DNA of 64,000 nt from an uncultured Phycisphaerales bacterium (GTDB taxonomy: Bacteria > Planctomycetota > Phycisphaerae > Tepidisphaerales > Tepidisphaeraceae), in contig CAWJPJ010000007.1 in the NCBI GenBank assembly GCA_963844715.1, positions 736,001-800,000 of the forward strand. Direction: 5' to 3'. The first letter of the stretch is position 1; every line of letters starts with the position of its first letter. Below are positions 10,377-21,033 of the stretch, one piece after another. Position numbers and translations under genes: made by a program. A model generated the notes under the pieces. The model saw only the letters and a list, made by a program, of their open reading frames with translations. It had not been told where the DNA came from and made no database searches.

Positions 10377-11047
10377 TAGTTTAATCCAATTGTCTCATTT
10401 CCAGTCGCGCCCTGCGCCGGGAGCCGTGGCAGCATTGCCTCAATCGCCTCCACCACCCGCGCCACGCGCTGCGCCACATCTCCCTCGGCCAGCAGCGACT
10501 GTTTCACCTGCACATCTTCCAGAAAATTGAACGCCAGAAGATCCGCGATCTCCGCCATCCCCAGATCGCTTAGCACAATTTTTTGGAAATGCCGCCCCAG
10601 AACCGTCTCCGACATTGCTCCCGGGCCAATCATCGCCGTCAATCGGCGGCGAAATTTCTCCAGATCGATCTCCGCCGCCGGTTTTTCCGGCACCGGACTT
10701 ACCCGCGCAATCCGATAGGGCCGGCGCTGTGTCTCCGTCTCAACCCGTGCCCGCATTTCCCCTTGCAGCAGGAGGTTGTATCTGCCATCCGCCAGCATCT
10801 CGCTGTTGACGATCCTCCCCACGCACACCACCGGCTCAATCTCCGGGGCTGAGTAATAGTCCCTCTCCCACCCCGGCTTCAGCAGCGCCATGGCGATTTG
10901 CCTTTGCGCAACCAGAGCGTCGGCCGTCATCCTTCGGAAGCGTTCCTCGAAGATATGCAGCGGAAGCACCGCCCGCGGGAACAACACCGCGTTCGGCAGT
11001 GGAAAGAGCGCGACCATCATCTCGCCGACAAACGATTCGGCACTCAT
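10376..11047 (-). CDS. LON peptidase substrate-binding (N-terminal) domain protein
   Basis: ALFPLPNAVLFP..LPLHIFEERF..DGRYNLLLQG pattern; no ATPase or protease domain. Confidence 0.85.
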   Translation of the reverse strand: MSAESFVGEMMVALFPLPNAVLFPRAVLPLHIFEERFRRMTADALVAQRQIAMALLKPGWERDYYSAPEIEPVVCVGRIVNSEMLADGRYNLLLQGEMRARVETETQRRPYRIARVSPVPEKPAAEIDLEKFRRRLTAMIGPGAMSETVLGRHFQKIVLSDLGMAEIADLLAFNFLEDVQVKQSLLAEGDVAQRVARVVEAIEAMLPRLPAQGATGNETIGLN

Positions 11048-11104
11048 ACCCCTCGATGATACCCGCGTCGCGGAACAGATTGGCCTGGGACAGGACGATC
11101 TGGC

Positions 11105-11329
11105 CTACATGCTCTTCAATTCAGATTCAGCGCGCAGCCAGTTTTCCACCTGTGAGCCGCCCTTGCCGGACGCGAAAATCTCATACGCCCGCTTGGCAAT
11201 CGCTTCGTGAGTCAGCGTCCGCTTGGCGGCGGGGGCCGCCTTGGGAATCGGCGTGTTACGCGCCGGGCTCGTTGAACGTGAACCAGAATTGCTTTTGAAT
11301 GAATAACTTGAACCAGTCGGCTTAGGCAT
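11105..11329 (-). CDS. DUF2934-domain small protein
   Basis: HEAIAKRAYEIF..G..G...NWLRAESEL motif; AAGGAG RBS upstream. Confidence 0.75.
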   Translation of the reverse strand: MPKPTGSSYSFKSNSGSRSTSPARNTPIPKAAPAAKRTLTHEAIAKRAYEIFASGKGGSQVENWLRAESELKSM

Positions 11330-11477
11330 GACTTCTCCTTATTCCGTAAGCCTTCATGAGGCGGTAGTTTATGTCATTTCGCGACATCGACCGGAGCAGC
11401 ATCCGCCGTCCGGCCCACATCCATGACTGGCGCGACTCTATATCTCCCCGCCCATTTTGGCAAGCTGCCAACCCAAA

Positions 11478-12101
11478 TTAACTTTTGCCCGACACGTCCA
11501 CATTCTGCTTAATCCATGCCAGAACTTGCTGGTCATGACCCGTCGGCTTCACCTTCTCAAACACATGCAGGATGTTTCCATCCTTGCCGATGACGAACGT
11601 CGTTCGGGCAACGCCATAGTTCCCATTTTTCCGCATCTGCCAGACGCCGTATGCCTGCGCTACCGAGTGATCCGCATCGGAAAGCAGCGGGAAATTCAGA
11701 TGATATTTCGTTCCGAAATCGTCGATCGCATCGACCGGATCGGGACTGATCCCCAGCACCGCGATGTTCTCCTTGTCGTACTCAGCCAGCGCGTCGCGAA
11801 ATGCGCAAGCCTCCGTCGTGCAGCCGGGCGTTCCCGCCTTCGGATAGAAATAAAGCACGACGATCTTCCCGCTAAAATCCGACAAACTCACCTTCTTGCC
11901 CGAATTGGTCGTCAGGGTGAATCCAGGCGCCGGCGTCCCGACAGCCGGAATTGCGGATGCTTCCACAGCGCCTCCCGAAGGTTGCGTCGTCGCCGAGGCC
12001 GAAGGCTGCGTCGCGGCGTCCCCCCGGCACCACGCCGAAATCCCGCACAAAACAACCATTCCCAGGGCTACGCGACTCGCCGGTGCAATAATTCCACTCA
12101 T
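11478..12101 (-). CDS. bcp: BCP/PrxQ peroxiredoxin with N-terminal export signal
   Basis: VVLYFYPKAGTPGCTTEAC, LNFPLLSD, RTTFVI; hydrophobic leader plus ATQPS linker. Confidence 0.88.
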   Translation of the reverse strand: MSGIIAPASRVALGMVVLCGISAWCRGDAATQPSASATTQPSGGAVEASAIPAVGTPAPGFTLTTNSGKKVSLSDFSGKIVVLYFYPKAGTPGCTTEACAFRDALAEYDKENIAVLGISPDPVDAIDDFGTKYHLNFPLLSDADHSVAQAYGVWQMRKNGNYGVARTTFVIGKDGNILHVFEKVKPTGHDQQVLAWIKQNVDVSGKS

Positions 12102-12532
12102 TTTCCCGCCAGTCCTTTTCGCAAAAGTTGATTCGCCACGCTCGGATCGACGTTCGATCCATGCGCTTTCATGAAAGCGCCCATCGCCTGGCCGAACTGC
12201 TTTTCCGTAAATGTATTTTTTGCAAGAAAATCCTTCACCAACTGCTCGGTCTGATCCGTCGAAGCTTTCTTGGGAAGATACTCCTCGACTACGGAGATTT
12301 CGTATTTCAGCTTGGTGACTTCGTCCGCTTTTCCGAGCTTTTCAAACTCCTCGACGCTCTTGCGCAATTTCTTGCCGTAGCTGGCGACCGCCTCCTCCGC
12401 CGTCGTCGGCTTGGGCGCGAGGTCGATGTTTTTCACATCGCTCAGCAGCATGCGGATCACGCTCAGCCGATCCTTCTGCCCGGCCTTGAGCGCCGTCTTC
12501 ATGTCCTCCTGCAACCGTGCCTGCAACTCCAT
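12098..12532 (-). CDS. GatB/YqeY domain protein
   Basis: LQEDMKTALKAGQKDRLSVIRML..EISVVEEYLP..FGQAMG; GAGGAG RBS. Confidence 0.85.
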   Translation of the reverse strand: MELQARLQEDMKTALKAGQKDRLSVIRMLLSDVKNIDLAPKPTTAEEAVASYGKKLRKSVEEFEKLGKADEVTKLKYEISVVEEYLPKKASTDQTEQLVKDFLAKNTFTEKQFGQAMGAFMKAHGSNVDPSVANQLLRKGLAGK

Positions 12533-12649
12533 AGTTTACTCCTCAGCTGTTCTGGATATAATGTGTATTCTACCGAAGGGCCTTTCTCATCGCACGGCAA
12601 TGCAATGAACGCCAGGGGATAGCGGTCCCTCGGCACGCTTAACGATTAC

Positions 12650-13763
12650 ATGCAAGCTACCAGCACCGATACCCTCGAGGGAATCCTTCATATTCCCGAT
12701 CCGCGCCAGGACGGCCAACTGCGCGATCCCGTGCACCCCTTGCGCCCCCTGCGCAGGGGATCGTTCCGCGCCAGCTCATCGCCAGCCTCAAGCTCCGCCC
12801 CGGACTGCTCCTCAAGGGAACGCCCCGGGGCCAGGCCATTGCGCAAATTCATACCATCGAAGGTAAATCTCCCGACGAATACATCAACACGGTTCATCTA
12901 TACGAAGGCACCGCCCTCGACCCCGAACCCGTCATGCGCCTCGAGCACAATCCCACTGAATACACCACCCGGGTCATCGATCTGTTCGCTCCCGTAGGCT
13001 TCGGCCAGCGCGGGCTCATCGTCGCTCCGCCGCGTTCGGGAAAAACCATCCTCCTCCAGAACATCGCGCACGGCATCCATCACAATTACCCGGACGTCAA
13101 ACTTGTCCTGCTTCTCGTCGATGAGCGCCCCGAAGAAGTCACCGACATGAAGCGCAACGTTCCGGGAATCGTCTTCGCATCGAGCAACGACAACACCGTT
13201 GAAAAACATCTCGACCTCGCCCAGATCGTCATCGAACGCTGCAAACGCGAAGTCGAGTACGGGAAAAATATCGTTGTCCTTCTCGATTCCCTCACGCGCC
13301 TCGGCCGGGCCTTCAATACCGGCGGCCCCAGCGGCGGCAGAACCCTCTCCGGCGGGCTGGACAACCGCGCCCTGGAAATTCCCAAGCGCCTGTTCGGCGC
13401 CGCCAGAAAATCGAAAACGGCGGCAGCCTCACCATTCTCGCCACCTGCCTCATCGACACCGGCAGCCGCATGGATCAGGTCATCTTCGAGGAATTCAAGG
13501 GCACCGGAAATATGGAACTCTGCCTCGACCGCAATCTCGCCAATCAGCGCATCTGGCCCTCCCTCGATATCTCCGCCAGCGGCACGCGAAAAGAGGAAAA
13601 GCTTCTCACCCCGCAGGAACTCACCTCCGCGCGGCACATCCGCCGCCTACTCACCAACATGCCCCCGGCCCAGGCGATGAAGACGCTGCTCGAGGTCATG
13701 AGCAAGCAGAAGACCAACGCAGACCTGCTCGCCGCTGCCGCCAAGACGTCTTCCGCTCAATAA
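12650..13763 (+). CDS. rho: Transcription termination factor Rho (short N-terminus); apparent frameshifts ~12757 and ~13410
   Basis: RVIDLFAPVGFGQRGLIVAPPRSGKT, LVDERPEEVTD, LDSLTRL, FGAAR, EEFKGTGNMEL, SGTRKEE. Confidence 0.92.
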
Positions 13764-13813
13764 TTTTGACATCCCAGCCGATTGCGGTAGAAGCCGTATC
13801 CGCGGAGGTGAGA

Positions 13814-15409
13814 ATGCGTAAAAATCTGATGGGTGACCTGGGGCGGACCTGCACAGGCATCCTCGTTTTCGCGGCGGCGCTCGCCCCGATCTCCATCCTC
13901 GGCTGCGGAAAATCTTCCGCGCCCGATTCTTCAACTGCCGCCGCCAGCACCACCCCCTCCGCCGATACCGACGCTCCCCCCGGCTACGGCGTTGCGCTCT
14001 CGCTCGATTCCGGTAAATCGCTCGTCACCCAAAAAGCAAACGTAACCACCGTCGATGCCGCTCTGCTGGCGACCTTTCCAGACCTGACGTCGTATTTCGG
14101 CAATCAACCCACGATCGGAACCGCCTATCAGGACGCCCAGGATTCCACCGTCGGCGGCGCCACCTTCACGGCCACATATAAAGGCCAACCGATTTCCGGA
14201 ATCGTCTCCTGCAAATTGCAAAATGGCGGCGCGAACATCGCCGTCATCTTTGATCGCACCGATGCGCCCAAAGCCGATTGGGAAAAACTTATGAATCCCC
14301 CCAGCCAGCCCGCAGCCGCGCCTTCTGCAACGCCAACGGCGGCAGCGCCGGCGCCCGCCTCGAACGTCGCGCTCACTGAATACGATTTCCCGGACGGCAC
14401 CGGGTCCATCGGCATCGCCGCTGGGTGGACCACCAGCGCCCAATCCGAAGTTTCCCCCGGCGTCATCACCGGCCCCGCCGGCCAAACCATCATCCTTTTC
14501 AACGGCGTCGGCGTTCAGACTCCCGATTCGCCCCAGGTCCAATCCCGCCAGCAAATGGAAGCCAGGTGGGCGCAGATGAATGCCAACAACGCCGCCCGCG
14601 GTTTGCCCCCGATCCAGATGAAGCCCCAGCCGCCCATCCTGGTCGCCCCCTTTACCGATCCCGTCACCGCCGTGCAAAACATGGTCCCGCAGTTCAGCCT
14701 GCGGAGCGTCTTCAACAACGGCCCCTCTTTGACTTTCGGGAAAATCATCTCCTCGGAAGATCGGGCGTCTCCGTTACCGAACGGCAAGGCCGCTACGGTC
14801 ACCTACTCCTTCACGCGCGTACAGAACGGCCAATCGACTCCCTTCCGCGTGCAGGCGGCCGTCATCGTTTCGTCACAAAGCACCACCTCCTGGTTTTGGT
14901 ACACGCCTTACGCCGCACAGGCTCCCGATTCAACTTTCGACCAGGACTTGCCGGTCATGATGGCCATGGTCAATTCCAACAAGGTCAATCAGCAGCGCGC
15001 CATGCAAGTCGCCCAGGCCCGCAACCAGGCGACCCAGCAGGCGGGCCAGCAACTCATCGCCGCCCAGCAGGCGCAGGACCAGGCCCTGAACAACATGGCC
15101 AAGCAGGACGCCGACACGCAAAGCCAGATCCACCAGGAACAGCAGCAGCAAACGCAAGCCCAGTACGATGCCCACAATCAGCAATTTAGCGACTATGAAC
15201 TCCAGCGTTCGCGCCACGCCGCCGACTTCGACGAATCTATCATCGGCACCCGAACAATCTACGACACGGTCACCGGTCAAACCGGCTACGCCGATCTCAC
15301 CGACGTCAGCGGCGTCGTCGACTCGCTGAACAAAGCCGCCCTCGACCCTAACCGCTTCGTCCAAATCCCCTTACGTGACCAACTTGCCCCCCTTCCGCAA
15401 AACAAATAG
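13814..15409 (+). CDS. Lipoprotein of unknown function with Gln-rich coiled-coil C-terminus
   Basis: GGAGGTG RBS before ATG 13814; hydrophobic leader with ILGC lipobox. ORF-track start 13199 overlaps rho and is not credible. Confidence 0.7.
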   Translation: MRKNLMGDLGRTCTGILVFAAALAPISILGCGKSSAPDSSTAAASTTPSADTDAPPGYGVALSLDSGKSLVTQKANVTTVDAALLATFPDLTSYFGNQPTIGTAYQDAQDSTVGGATFTATYKGQPISGIVSCKLQNGGANIAVIFDRTDAPKADWEKLMNPPSQPAAAPSATPTAAAPAPASNVALTEYDFPDGTGSIGIAAGWTTSAQSEVSPGVITGPAGQTIILFNGVGVQTPDSPQVQSRQQMEARWAQMNANNAARGLPPIQMKPQPPILVAPFTDPVTAVQNMVPQFSLRSVFNNGPSLTFGKIISSEDRASPLPNGKAATVTYSFTRVQNGQSTPFRVQAAVIVSSQSTTSWFWYTPYAAQAPDSTFDQDLPVMMAMVNSNKVNQQRAMQVAQARNQATQQAGQQLIAAQQAQDQALNNMAKQDADTQSQIHQEQQQQTQAQYDAHNQQFSDYELQRSRHAADFDESIIGTRTIYDTVTGQTGYADLTDVSGVVDSLNKAALDPNRFVQIPLRDQLAPLPQNK

Positions 15410-15484
15410 CAAAAAACGCTCTAATTCTTCTACCTTCTCCACGGCCCCGAATTCCCGTATCATTGAAAATTCAGAGCAGACATC

Positions 15485-16558
15485 ATGGAACGCCGCAAAT
15501 TCGGCAACACCAATCTGGAAGTCTCCGCCATCAGCCTCGGCTGCTGGCCCTTCGGCGTTGACTGGTGGGGCCACTACACCGACGAACAAGCCCTCAGCCT
15601 GATGAAGTTCTCCCTCGATCAGGGGATCACCTTCTTCGATTCCGGCGACGCCTACGGCAACGGCCGCGCCGAGGAACTCCTCGGCCGATTCCTCAAAACC
15701 GTCCCCCGCGACCGCGTCGAGATCGGCGGAAAATTCGGCTACGACTTCTATTCCGACCCCGGCGAGCCCGGCAGTCATCGCGAACGAAAACAGGATTTCT
15801 CCCCAAAATTCCTCCGCTTCGCCCTGGAAAAATCCCTCCAGCGCTTGGACACCGACGTCATCGATCTCTACATGGCCCACAACATCAAACTTCCCCAGTT
15901 CCGCGACGATCTCTTCGCTGAACTGGAAAAAATTCGCGAGGAGGGAAAGATCAAAGTCTGGGGAGTCTCTCTCGGGCCCGCCATCGGCTGGCGCGAGGAG
16001 GGGATCGAGGCCCTCACGCGATGCAACGCCAAGGCCGTGCAGACCGTTTATAATCTTTTCGAGCAGGACCCCGGCCGCGAATTCTGCCAAACCGCCCGCG
16101 CCTGCCGCGCCGGCGTGCTCGCGCACGTCCACGACAACAGCAGCATCCTTAAGGACAAAGTCCGCCCCGAAACCCAGATCGGCGTCAACGACCACAGAAA
16201 ATTCCGCGACGAATCCTGGAAAGTCTTCGGATTAAAAAAACTCGAACTCGTCCGCCACTACGCCGGCGATCACGGCATGACCGTCCATCAACTCGCGTGC
16301 AAATGGCTCCTCATGGACGACGCCCTCACCAGTATCACCGGCACGTTCCTAAACGAAGAGGAAATCCAGGAAGCCGCCGAGTCGGTTTCAAAGCCGCGTC
16401 TTTCCGCAACTGAGATGAAACAATTGGCCGAGGATTACGCCCGCGATTGGGGCCTCGGCGACGAAGCCCACCCGTGCGATCTAAAAAGCAGCACCTCCCC
16501 CGAAGGCAAAGTCCGCAGCGGCTACATCCCGCCTCCCATCCTCGTCGCTCAATGGTGA
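15485..16558 (+). CDS. Aldo/keto reductase
   Basis: VSAISLGCW, GITFFDSGDAYGNG, SLQRLDTDVIDLYMAH, EGKIKVWGVS, YNLFEQ. Confidence 0.9.
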   Translation: MERRKFGNTNLEVSAISLGCWPFGVDWWGHYTDEQALSLMKFSLDQGITFFDSGDAYGNGRAEELLGRFLKTVPRDRVEIGGKFGYDFYSDPGEPGSHRERKQDFSPKFLRFALEKSLQRLDTDVIDLYMAHNIKLPQFRDDLFAELEKIREEGKIKVWGVSLGPAIGWREEGIEALTRCNAKAVQTVYNLFEQDPGREFCQTARACRAGVLAHVHDNSSILKDKVRPETQIGVNDHRKFRDESWKVFGLKKLELVRHYAGDHGMTVHQLACKWLLMDDALTSITGTFLNEEEIQEAAESVSKPRLSATEMKQLAEDYARDWGLGDEAHPCDLKSSTSPEGKVRSGYIPPPILVAQW

Positions 16559-16564
16559 ATCCGC

Positions 16565-16882
16565 GTGCTCCCTTTGCGATTTGTCGTGCTTCATCACACT
16601 GGAATCGACCCGCCGCACTTCGACCTGATGCTCGAAACCGCCGAGAACTCAAAACTCGCGACCTGGCGTCTCCCGCAATGGCCCCCTGATCCGAACGACA
16701 TCTTCACGCCCCTCGGCGATCACCGCCGCGAATATCTCGACTTTGAAGGCGCAGTCTCCGGCAATCAAGGCCAAGTAAAAAGAGTCGCCTCCGGAAAAAT
16801 CGAATCCATCGAATCGACCCCCGAGGGGTTAATCGTGACTCTCCCCCACAACATGCGAATCATTCTCCCCAAGTTAAGATAA
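16565..16882 (+). CDS. Stand-alone LigD N-terminal (3'-phosphoesterase-like) domain protein
   Basis: RFVVLHH..HFDLMLE..LATW..DHRREYLDFEG..G.V pattern. Confidence 0.7.
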   Translation: MLPLRFVVLHHTGIDPPHFDLMLETAENSKLATWRLPQWPPDPNDIFTPLGDHRREYLDFEGAVSGNQGQVKRVASGKIESIESTPEGLIVTLPHNMRIILPKLR

Positions 16883-16886
16883 CCCC

Positions 16887-18890
16887 ATGCCAACCGCGGC
16901 CGACCCCCTCCGCCTGGCCTGGGCAATTCTTCTCTGCGTCTTCCCCGCGGCCGCCGCCTACCGCTTCTCGCGCCGAACAAATCCCCCAATCCCCGCCGTT
17001 GCCGACGCCTTACTCTTCGCCTACGCCATCCAATATCTTGCGATCGTCCCCGCCGGCTTAGCCGGATTCCTAACCCCCACAACAATCTCCAGCACAGCCC
17101 TGGCGCTCAGCGCCGCTCTTTTGCTTCTTCCCCGTGGTTCGGAGGACGGACGGGAACGAAACCATTCGTCATTTATCATTCGTCATTCGTCATTGACCCG
17201 CCCCATCCTCCTGGCCTCCCTCTTCTTCACGGTCGGCTACCTGGCCGCTTACATCTACGACACCCGCTACCTCCCGCCTCTGGCCACCGACGCCCTCGCT
17301 TACCATCTCCCCGCCTCCGTCCAGTGGCTTCAGCACCATCGCATCGATCTTCTCCCCACCTGGTTCTTCAACCCCGCCAACACATTCTCTCCCCTGGCCG
17401 GTTCCGTCTTCATCACCTGGCTCATAGCGCCCCTGGGCAGCGACGTCCTGGCCCGTTTCGTTCAAATTGGCCCAATTTTCCTGATCTTTTTCGCCATTCT
17501 CGATTTGAATCCCCGGCACCTGGCGATCTCCGCGATCGTCGCCCTGGCCGCGGTTTTGTCGCGCCCCATGCTGGCCGAAGGAATCCTCCCCAAGGACGAT
17601 CTCTTCGTCGCGGCGTTCTTCATCGTCGCCGTCGCGAATCTTTCCACCGAGAAATTGCGCTCGCCCCTCGCCCCTTGGCGATTGGGCATCTTCCTCGGCT
17701 TGCTATTGGCGACCAAATATACCGCCATCCTCTCCGCGGGGCTTCTACTCATCGCCGCCGACGCCCCATTCCGCGCCGGCTGGCGAAAGCGCCAATGGAT
17801 CATCTTCCTTGCCGTCGCGTTTCTCCTCGCCGCCCCCTGGTACATGCGCAATCTCATCCTCACCGGCAATCCCCTTTATCCCATTCACGTTCCTCTACTC
17901 CCATTCCCGTCGATGTTCATCGCCACACGAAGCCTGAACCTTCGTTCGATCGATGGCCTCGTGAACGCCCTCGCCGCCGGATATTTTGCGTTGCCCGCGA
18001 TCCTCTGGATTCTCCTGACCCTTTTCTGGCTCATCGCCTTCTTCCGCTCCGTAAAATCTCTCGTGCGCGACTCCCAGCGCCGCCTCATTCTCGTGGCCGC
18101 CCCCGTCGGCATCGCGCTCTTCGCCCTCTTCTCTCCCTATCCTGAAGTGCGATTCATTCTCCCGGAAATCATCCTCCTCTTCGCCGCGATTCCCATCGCG
18201 CTGGCGGGCGAACCCGCGCTCGGCGCACTCGCCCTCATCCCCGCCATCATTTCCATCGCCACAAGTTTCGCCCCATCGCATCGAATCGAAATCGCCCAGT
18301 ACACAACGGTCGCCGCCATCGTCGCGCTGGTCGGCATCTCCCTCTGGCGCCTCGACGTCGATCGCCTTGGTCTCTGGCGCGGCGTTCCGCGCGTTAGCGC
18401 CTCCCTCGCTCTCGTCGCCGCCTTCCTGGCCTTCAATCATTGGACGGATTATCTAGAGACCTATCGCCAAACGATCCCCACTTATTGGCAAGTCCTCTAC
18501 GACGATCAAGGCCAACTTTGGTCCAGACTCGACGCCGACGCTCCCCCCGACGCGACCATTGCCTATACGAACCAGTTCATGATTTACCCCCTCTACGGTT
18601 TCGGTCACCGGCGCAAAGTGCTCTACGTTCCCCCGCACTCCAATCTGAAAATCCAGGACCTGAAACTTCCCGAAAGATTACCCGGCGAGCAAATCTCCCT
18701 CGCCGCCACGGCCGCCGCCAACGCCAACCCCGACCGCGCCGCCTGGCTACAAAATCTCCGCGATTCAAAAGCCCAATATCTCATCGCCGGACCTGATGCT
18801 CCGGAAGTTTCCTTTGCCGATTCCGACCCCGAAGAATTCCAGCCCCTCTTCCGTAACTCCGCCGGCTTCATCTATAAGATTGCCAGATAA
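16887..18890 (+). CDS. Polytopic membrane protein, GT-C/PMT (GT39)-like glycosyltransferase
   Basis: More than 12 hydrophobic segments; DALAYHLP, KDDL, LATKYT, PWYMRN..TGNPLYP motifs. Confidence 0.65.
   Translation: MPTAADPLRLAWAILLCVFPAAAAYRFSRRTNPPIPAVADALLFAYAIQYLAIVPAGLAGFLTPTTISSTALALSAALLLLPRGSEDGRERNHSSFIIRHSSLTRPILLASLFFTVGYLAAYIYDTRYLPPLATDALAYHLPASVQWLQHHRIDLLPTWFFNPANTFSPLAGSVFITWLIAPLGSDVLARFVQIGPIFLIFFAILDLNPRHLAISAIVALAAVLSRPMLAEGILPKDDLFVAAFFIVAVANLSTEKLRSPLAPWRLGIFLGLLLATKYTAILSAGLLLIAADAPFRAGWRKRQWIIFLAVAFLLAAPWYMRNLILTGNPLYPIHVPLLPFPSMFIATRSLNLRSIDGLVNALAAGYFALPAILWILLTLFWLIAFFRSVKSLVRDSQRRLILVAAPVGIALFALFSPYPEVRFILPEIILLFAAIPIALAGEPALGALALIPAIISIATSFAPSHRIEIAQYTTVAAIVALVGISLWRLDVDRLGLWRGVPRVSASLALVAAFLAFNHWTDYLETYRQTIPTYWQVLYDDQGQLWSRLDADAPPDATIAYTNQFMIYPLYGFGHRRKVLYVPPHSNLKIQDLKLPERLPGEQISLAATAAANANPDRAAWLQNLRDSKAQYLIAGPDAPEVSFADSDPEEFQPLFRNSAGFIYKIAR
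17163..17194. repeat. Heptamer repeat arm (CATTCGT-type) inside a coding region
   Basis: CATTCGT CATTTAT CATTCGT CATTCGT CATT; shares ATTCGTCATTTATCATTCG with the 49854-49979 element; translated as HSSFIIRHSS. Confidence 0.75.
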
Positions 18891-18892
18891 CC

Positions 18893-19438
18893 GTGGAGCA
18901 ATTTGGTTTTCCAGACGCGAGCGGCCAACGGTATAATCTTGTTTGTGCGGCCTTTTTTTCGCACCAAGTAGTTATTCCCTCTTGGGCTTCGTCTATGACT
19001 ATGCTCAGGAAAGTCTACGATTGGCTCAAGTACGAACGCCTCTACCACTACCCAGCGCTCGAGGCCTTCGAACGCCCAGAAGCGCTAAAGCGACTGAAAG
19101 CATACGAACGTGAGGAGCGCAAAGCTTGCGCGCTATGGCTTAATACGGCCCACATCATGATCCTCGGGTTTGGGCTCTTGTGGATTGGGATGTTGTCTTT
19201 TGGAGGTTCCAGCCGCACTACGATGGCTAACACAATCATTCTCCCCCTTCAGATTCCCGGCTGGGTCATTGACTATCTGATTTACCGTCGCGTCCGAAGA
19301 CGGGTGGCCGCAAAAGTTGCCGCCGAGCTGGGTGGTGGTCGCCTCAGCAGGTGCGTCGAGTGCGATTACGACCTCCGAGCTTCTGAGGATCGATGCCCGG
19401 AATGCGGCGCGCCGGTTCGCGTCCAGCCCCCCGCGTGA
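18893..19438 (+). CDS. Membrane protein with C-terminal zinc ribbon (true start probably ~19000)
   Basis: Two TM segments followed by CVECDYDLRASEDRCPECG. Confidence 0.65.
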   Translation: MEQFGFPDASGQRYNLVCAAFFSHQVVIPSWASSMTMLRKVYDWLKYERLYHYPALEAFERPEALKRLKAYEREERKACALWLNTAHIMILGFGLLWIGMLSFGGSSRTTMANTIILPLQIPGWVIDYLIYRRVRRRVAAKVAAELGGGRLSRCVECDYDLRASEDRCPECGAPVRVQPPA

Positions 19439-19483
19439 TCGCCCACTAATTGATTTGCCCCGCCAACGATTGATAATGCCCAC

Positions 19484-20910
19484 ATGCCCGACACAACCCG
19501 CATAGAAAAAGATTCCATGGGCGAGATGCGCGTTCCCGCCGACGCCTATTACGGCGCTCAAACCGCCCGTGCTGTTGAGAATTTCCCCATCTCCAATCTT
19601 CGCTTCGGCCGCCGATTTATTTCCGCCCTCGGCCTGATCAAATTCGCCGCCGCGCAGATCAATTTTGAACTCGGCCTCATCGACGAGCCCAAACGCACGC
19701 TCATCCAGCAAGCCGCACAGGAAGTCATCGACGGCAAGCTCGATTCCCAATTCGTCGTCGATATCTTCCAGACCGGCTCAGGCACCTCGACCAACATGAA
19801 CGCCAACGAGGTCATCGCCAGCCGCGCCAACGAAATCGCGACTGGCAAACGCGGCGGCAAGGACCCCATCCATCCCAACGATCACGTCAACATGCAGCAA
19901 AGCTCCAACGACGTGATTCCCACCGCCATGCACATCAGCACCGCGTCGTCCATCCGCGAACTCCTCTGCCCCGCGATGGATCACCTCGCGGCGGCCCTCC
20001 TGCGAAAAGCCGACCAGTTCGATGCGATTGTAAAAATCGGCCGCACCCATCTCCAGGACGCCACCCCCGTCCGCCTCGGCCAGGAACTCGGCGGCTACGC
20101 CCACCAGGCGAAGCTCGGCACCGTCCGCTGCCTTCGCGCCATTCATGCGCTAAAAGAACTTCCCCTCGGCGGCACGGCCGTCGGCACCGGAATCAATTCC
20201 CATCCAGACTTCGCCAAAAAAACCATCGCTGTTATCGCCCAAAAAACCGGCTTGGATTTCGCCGAAGCCTTCAATCATTTCGAAGCGCAGGCCGCCAAAG
20301 ACGCGATCGTCGAGGCCAGCTCGGAAGCTGAAGACCATCGCGATAAGTGTGACGAAAATCGCCAACGACATCCGCTGGCTCGCCAGCGGCCCGCGCTGCG
20401 GCATCGGTGAGATCAGCATCCCCGCCACTCAGCCCGGCAGCTGCATCATGCCCGGCAAGGTCAACCCCGTCATGTGCGAAATGCTCCTGCAAGCCGCCGC
20501 ACAGGTTGTCGGCAACGACGCCACCGTCGCCTGGGCGCGCCGCGTTCGGCAGCAATTTCGAACTCAACGTCATGATGCCCGTCATCGCCCACAACGTCCT
20601 TCAATCCATCGAACTTCTCGCCAAGGCCGCGACGGTTTTCTCCGACCGCTGCATCGACGGCCTCGAAGCCAACGCCGACCGCTGCAAGGCCCTCGTCGAG
20701 CAATCCCTCGCCATGTGCACCAGCCTCGCCCCGATCATCGGCTACGACAAAGCCGCCGACATCGCCAAGGAAAGCCTCAAGACCGGCAAAACCATCCGCC
20801 AGATCGCCACAGAAACAAAAGTCCTCAGCGACGCCGACCTGAACAAAGCCCTGGATCCGACGCGGATGACCCAACCGCAGTTCGACATCATCGGCAGCGG
20901 GGGAGGATGA
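19484..20910 (+). CDS. fumC: Class II fumarate hydratase; apparent frameshifts ~20322 and ~20538
   Basis: [67 protein letters not shown]. Confidence 0.93.
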
Positions 20911-20917
20911 TCTGGGA

Positions 20918-21033
20918 AATGACGAATGAAGAATGATAAATGACGAATTAATGCTCGAATGAGTCCAATGCACGAATTCGTCATTCAGTCATTCGAGCAT
21001 TGATTCGTCATTCGTCATTCGAATTTCGTCATT
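20918..21033. repeat. Palindromic heptamer-repeat element (~116 bp)
   Basis: 45-bp arms of AATGACG-type units in inverted orientation (7 mismatches) between convergent fumC and adh; contains the adh stop codon. Confidence 0.85.

Noticed and set aside
20436..20468. FumC signature reads [11 protein letters not shown] instead of [11 protein letters not shown]
   Set aside because: Single-base difference in an error-prone assembly; the first (catalytic) Ser is intact.
20918..21033. Heptamer elements as a CRISPR array
   Set aside because: No constant 25-45 bp repeats with unique spacers, and no cas genes.
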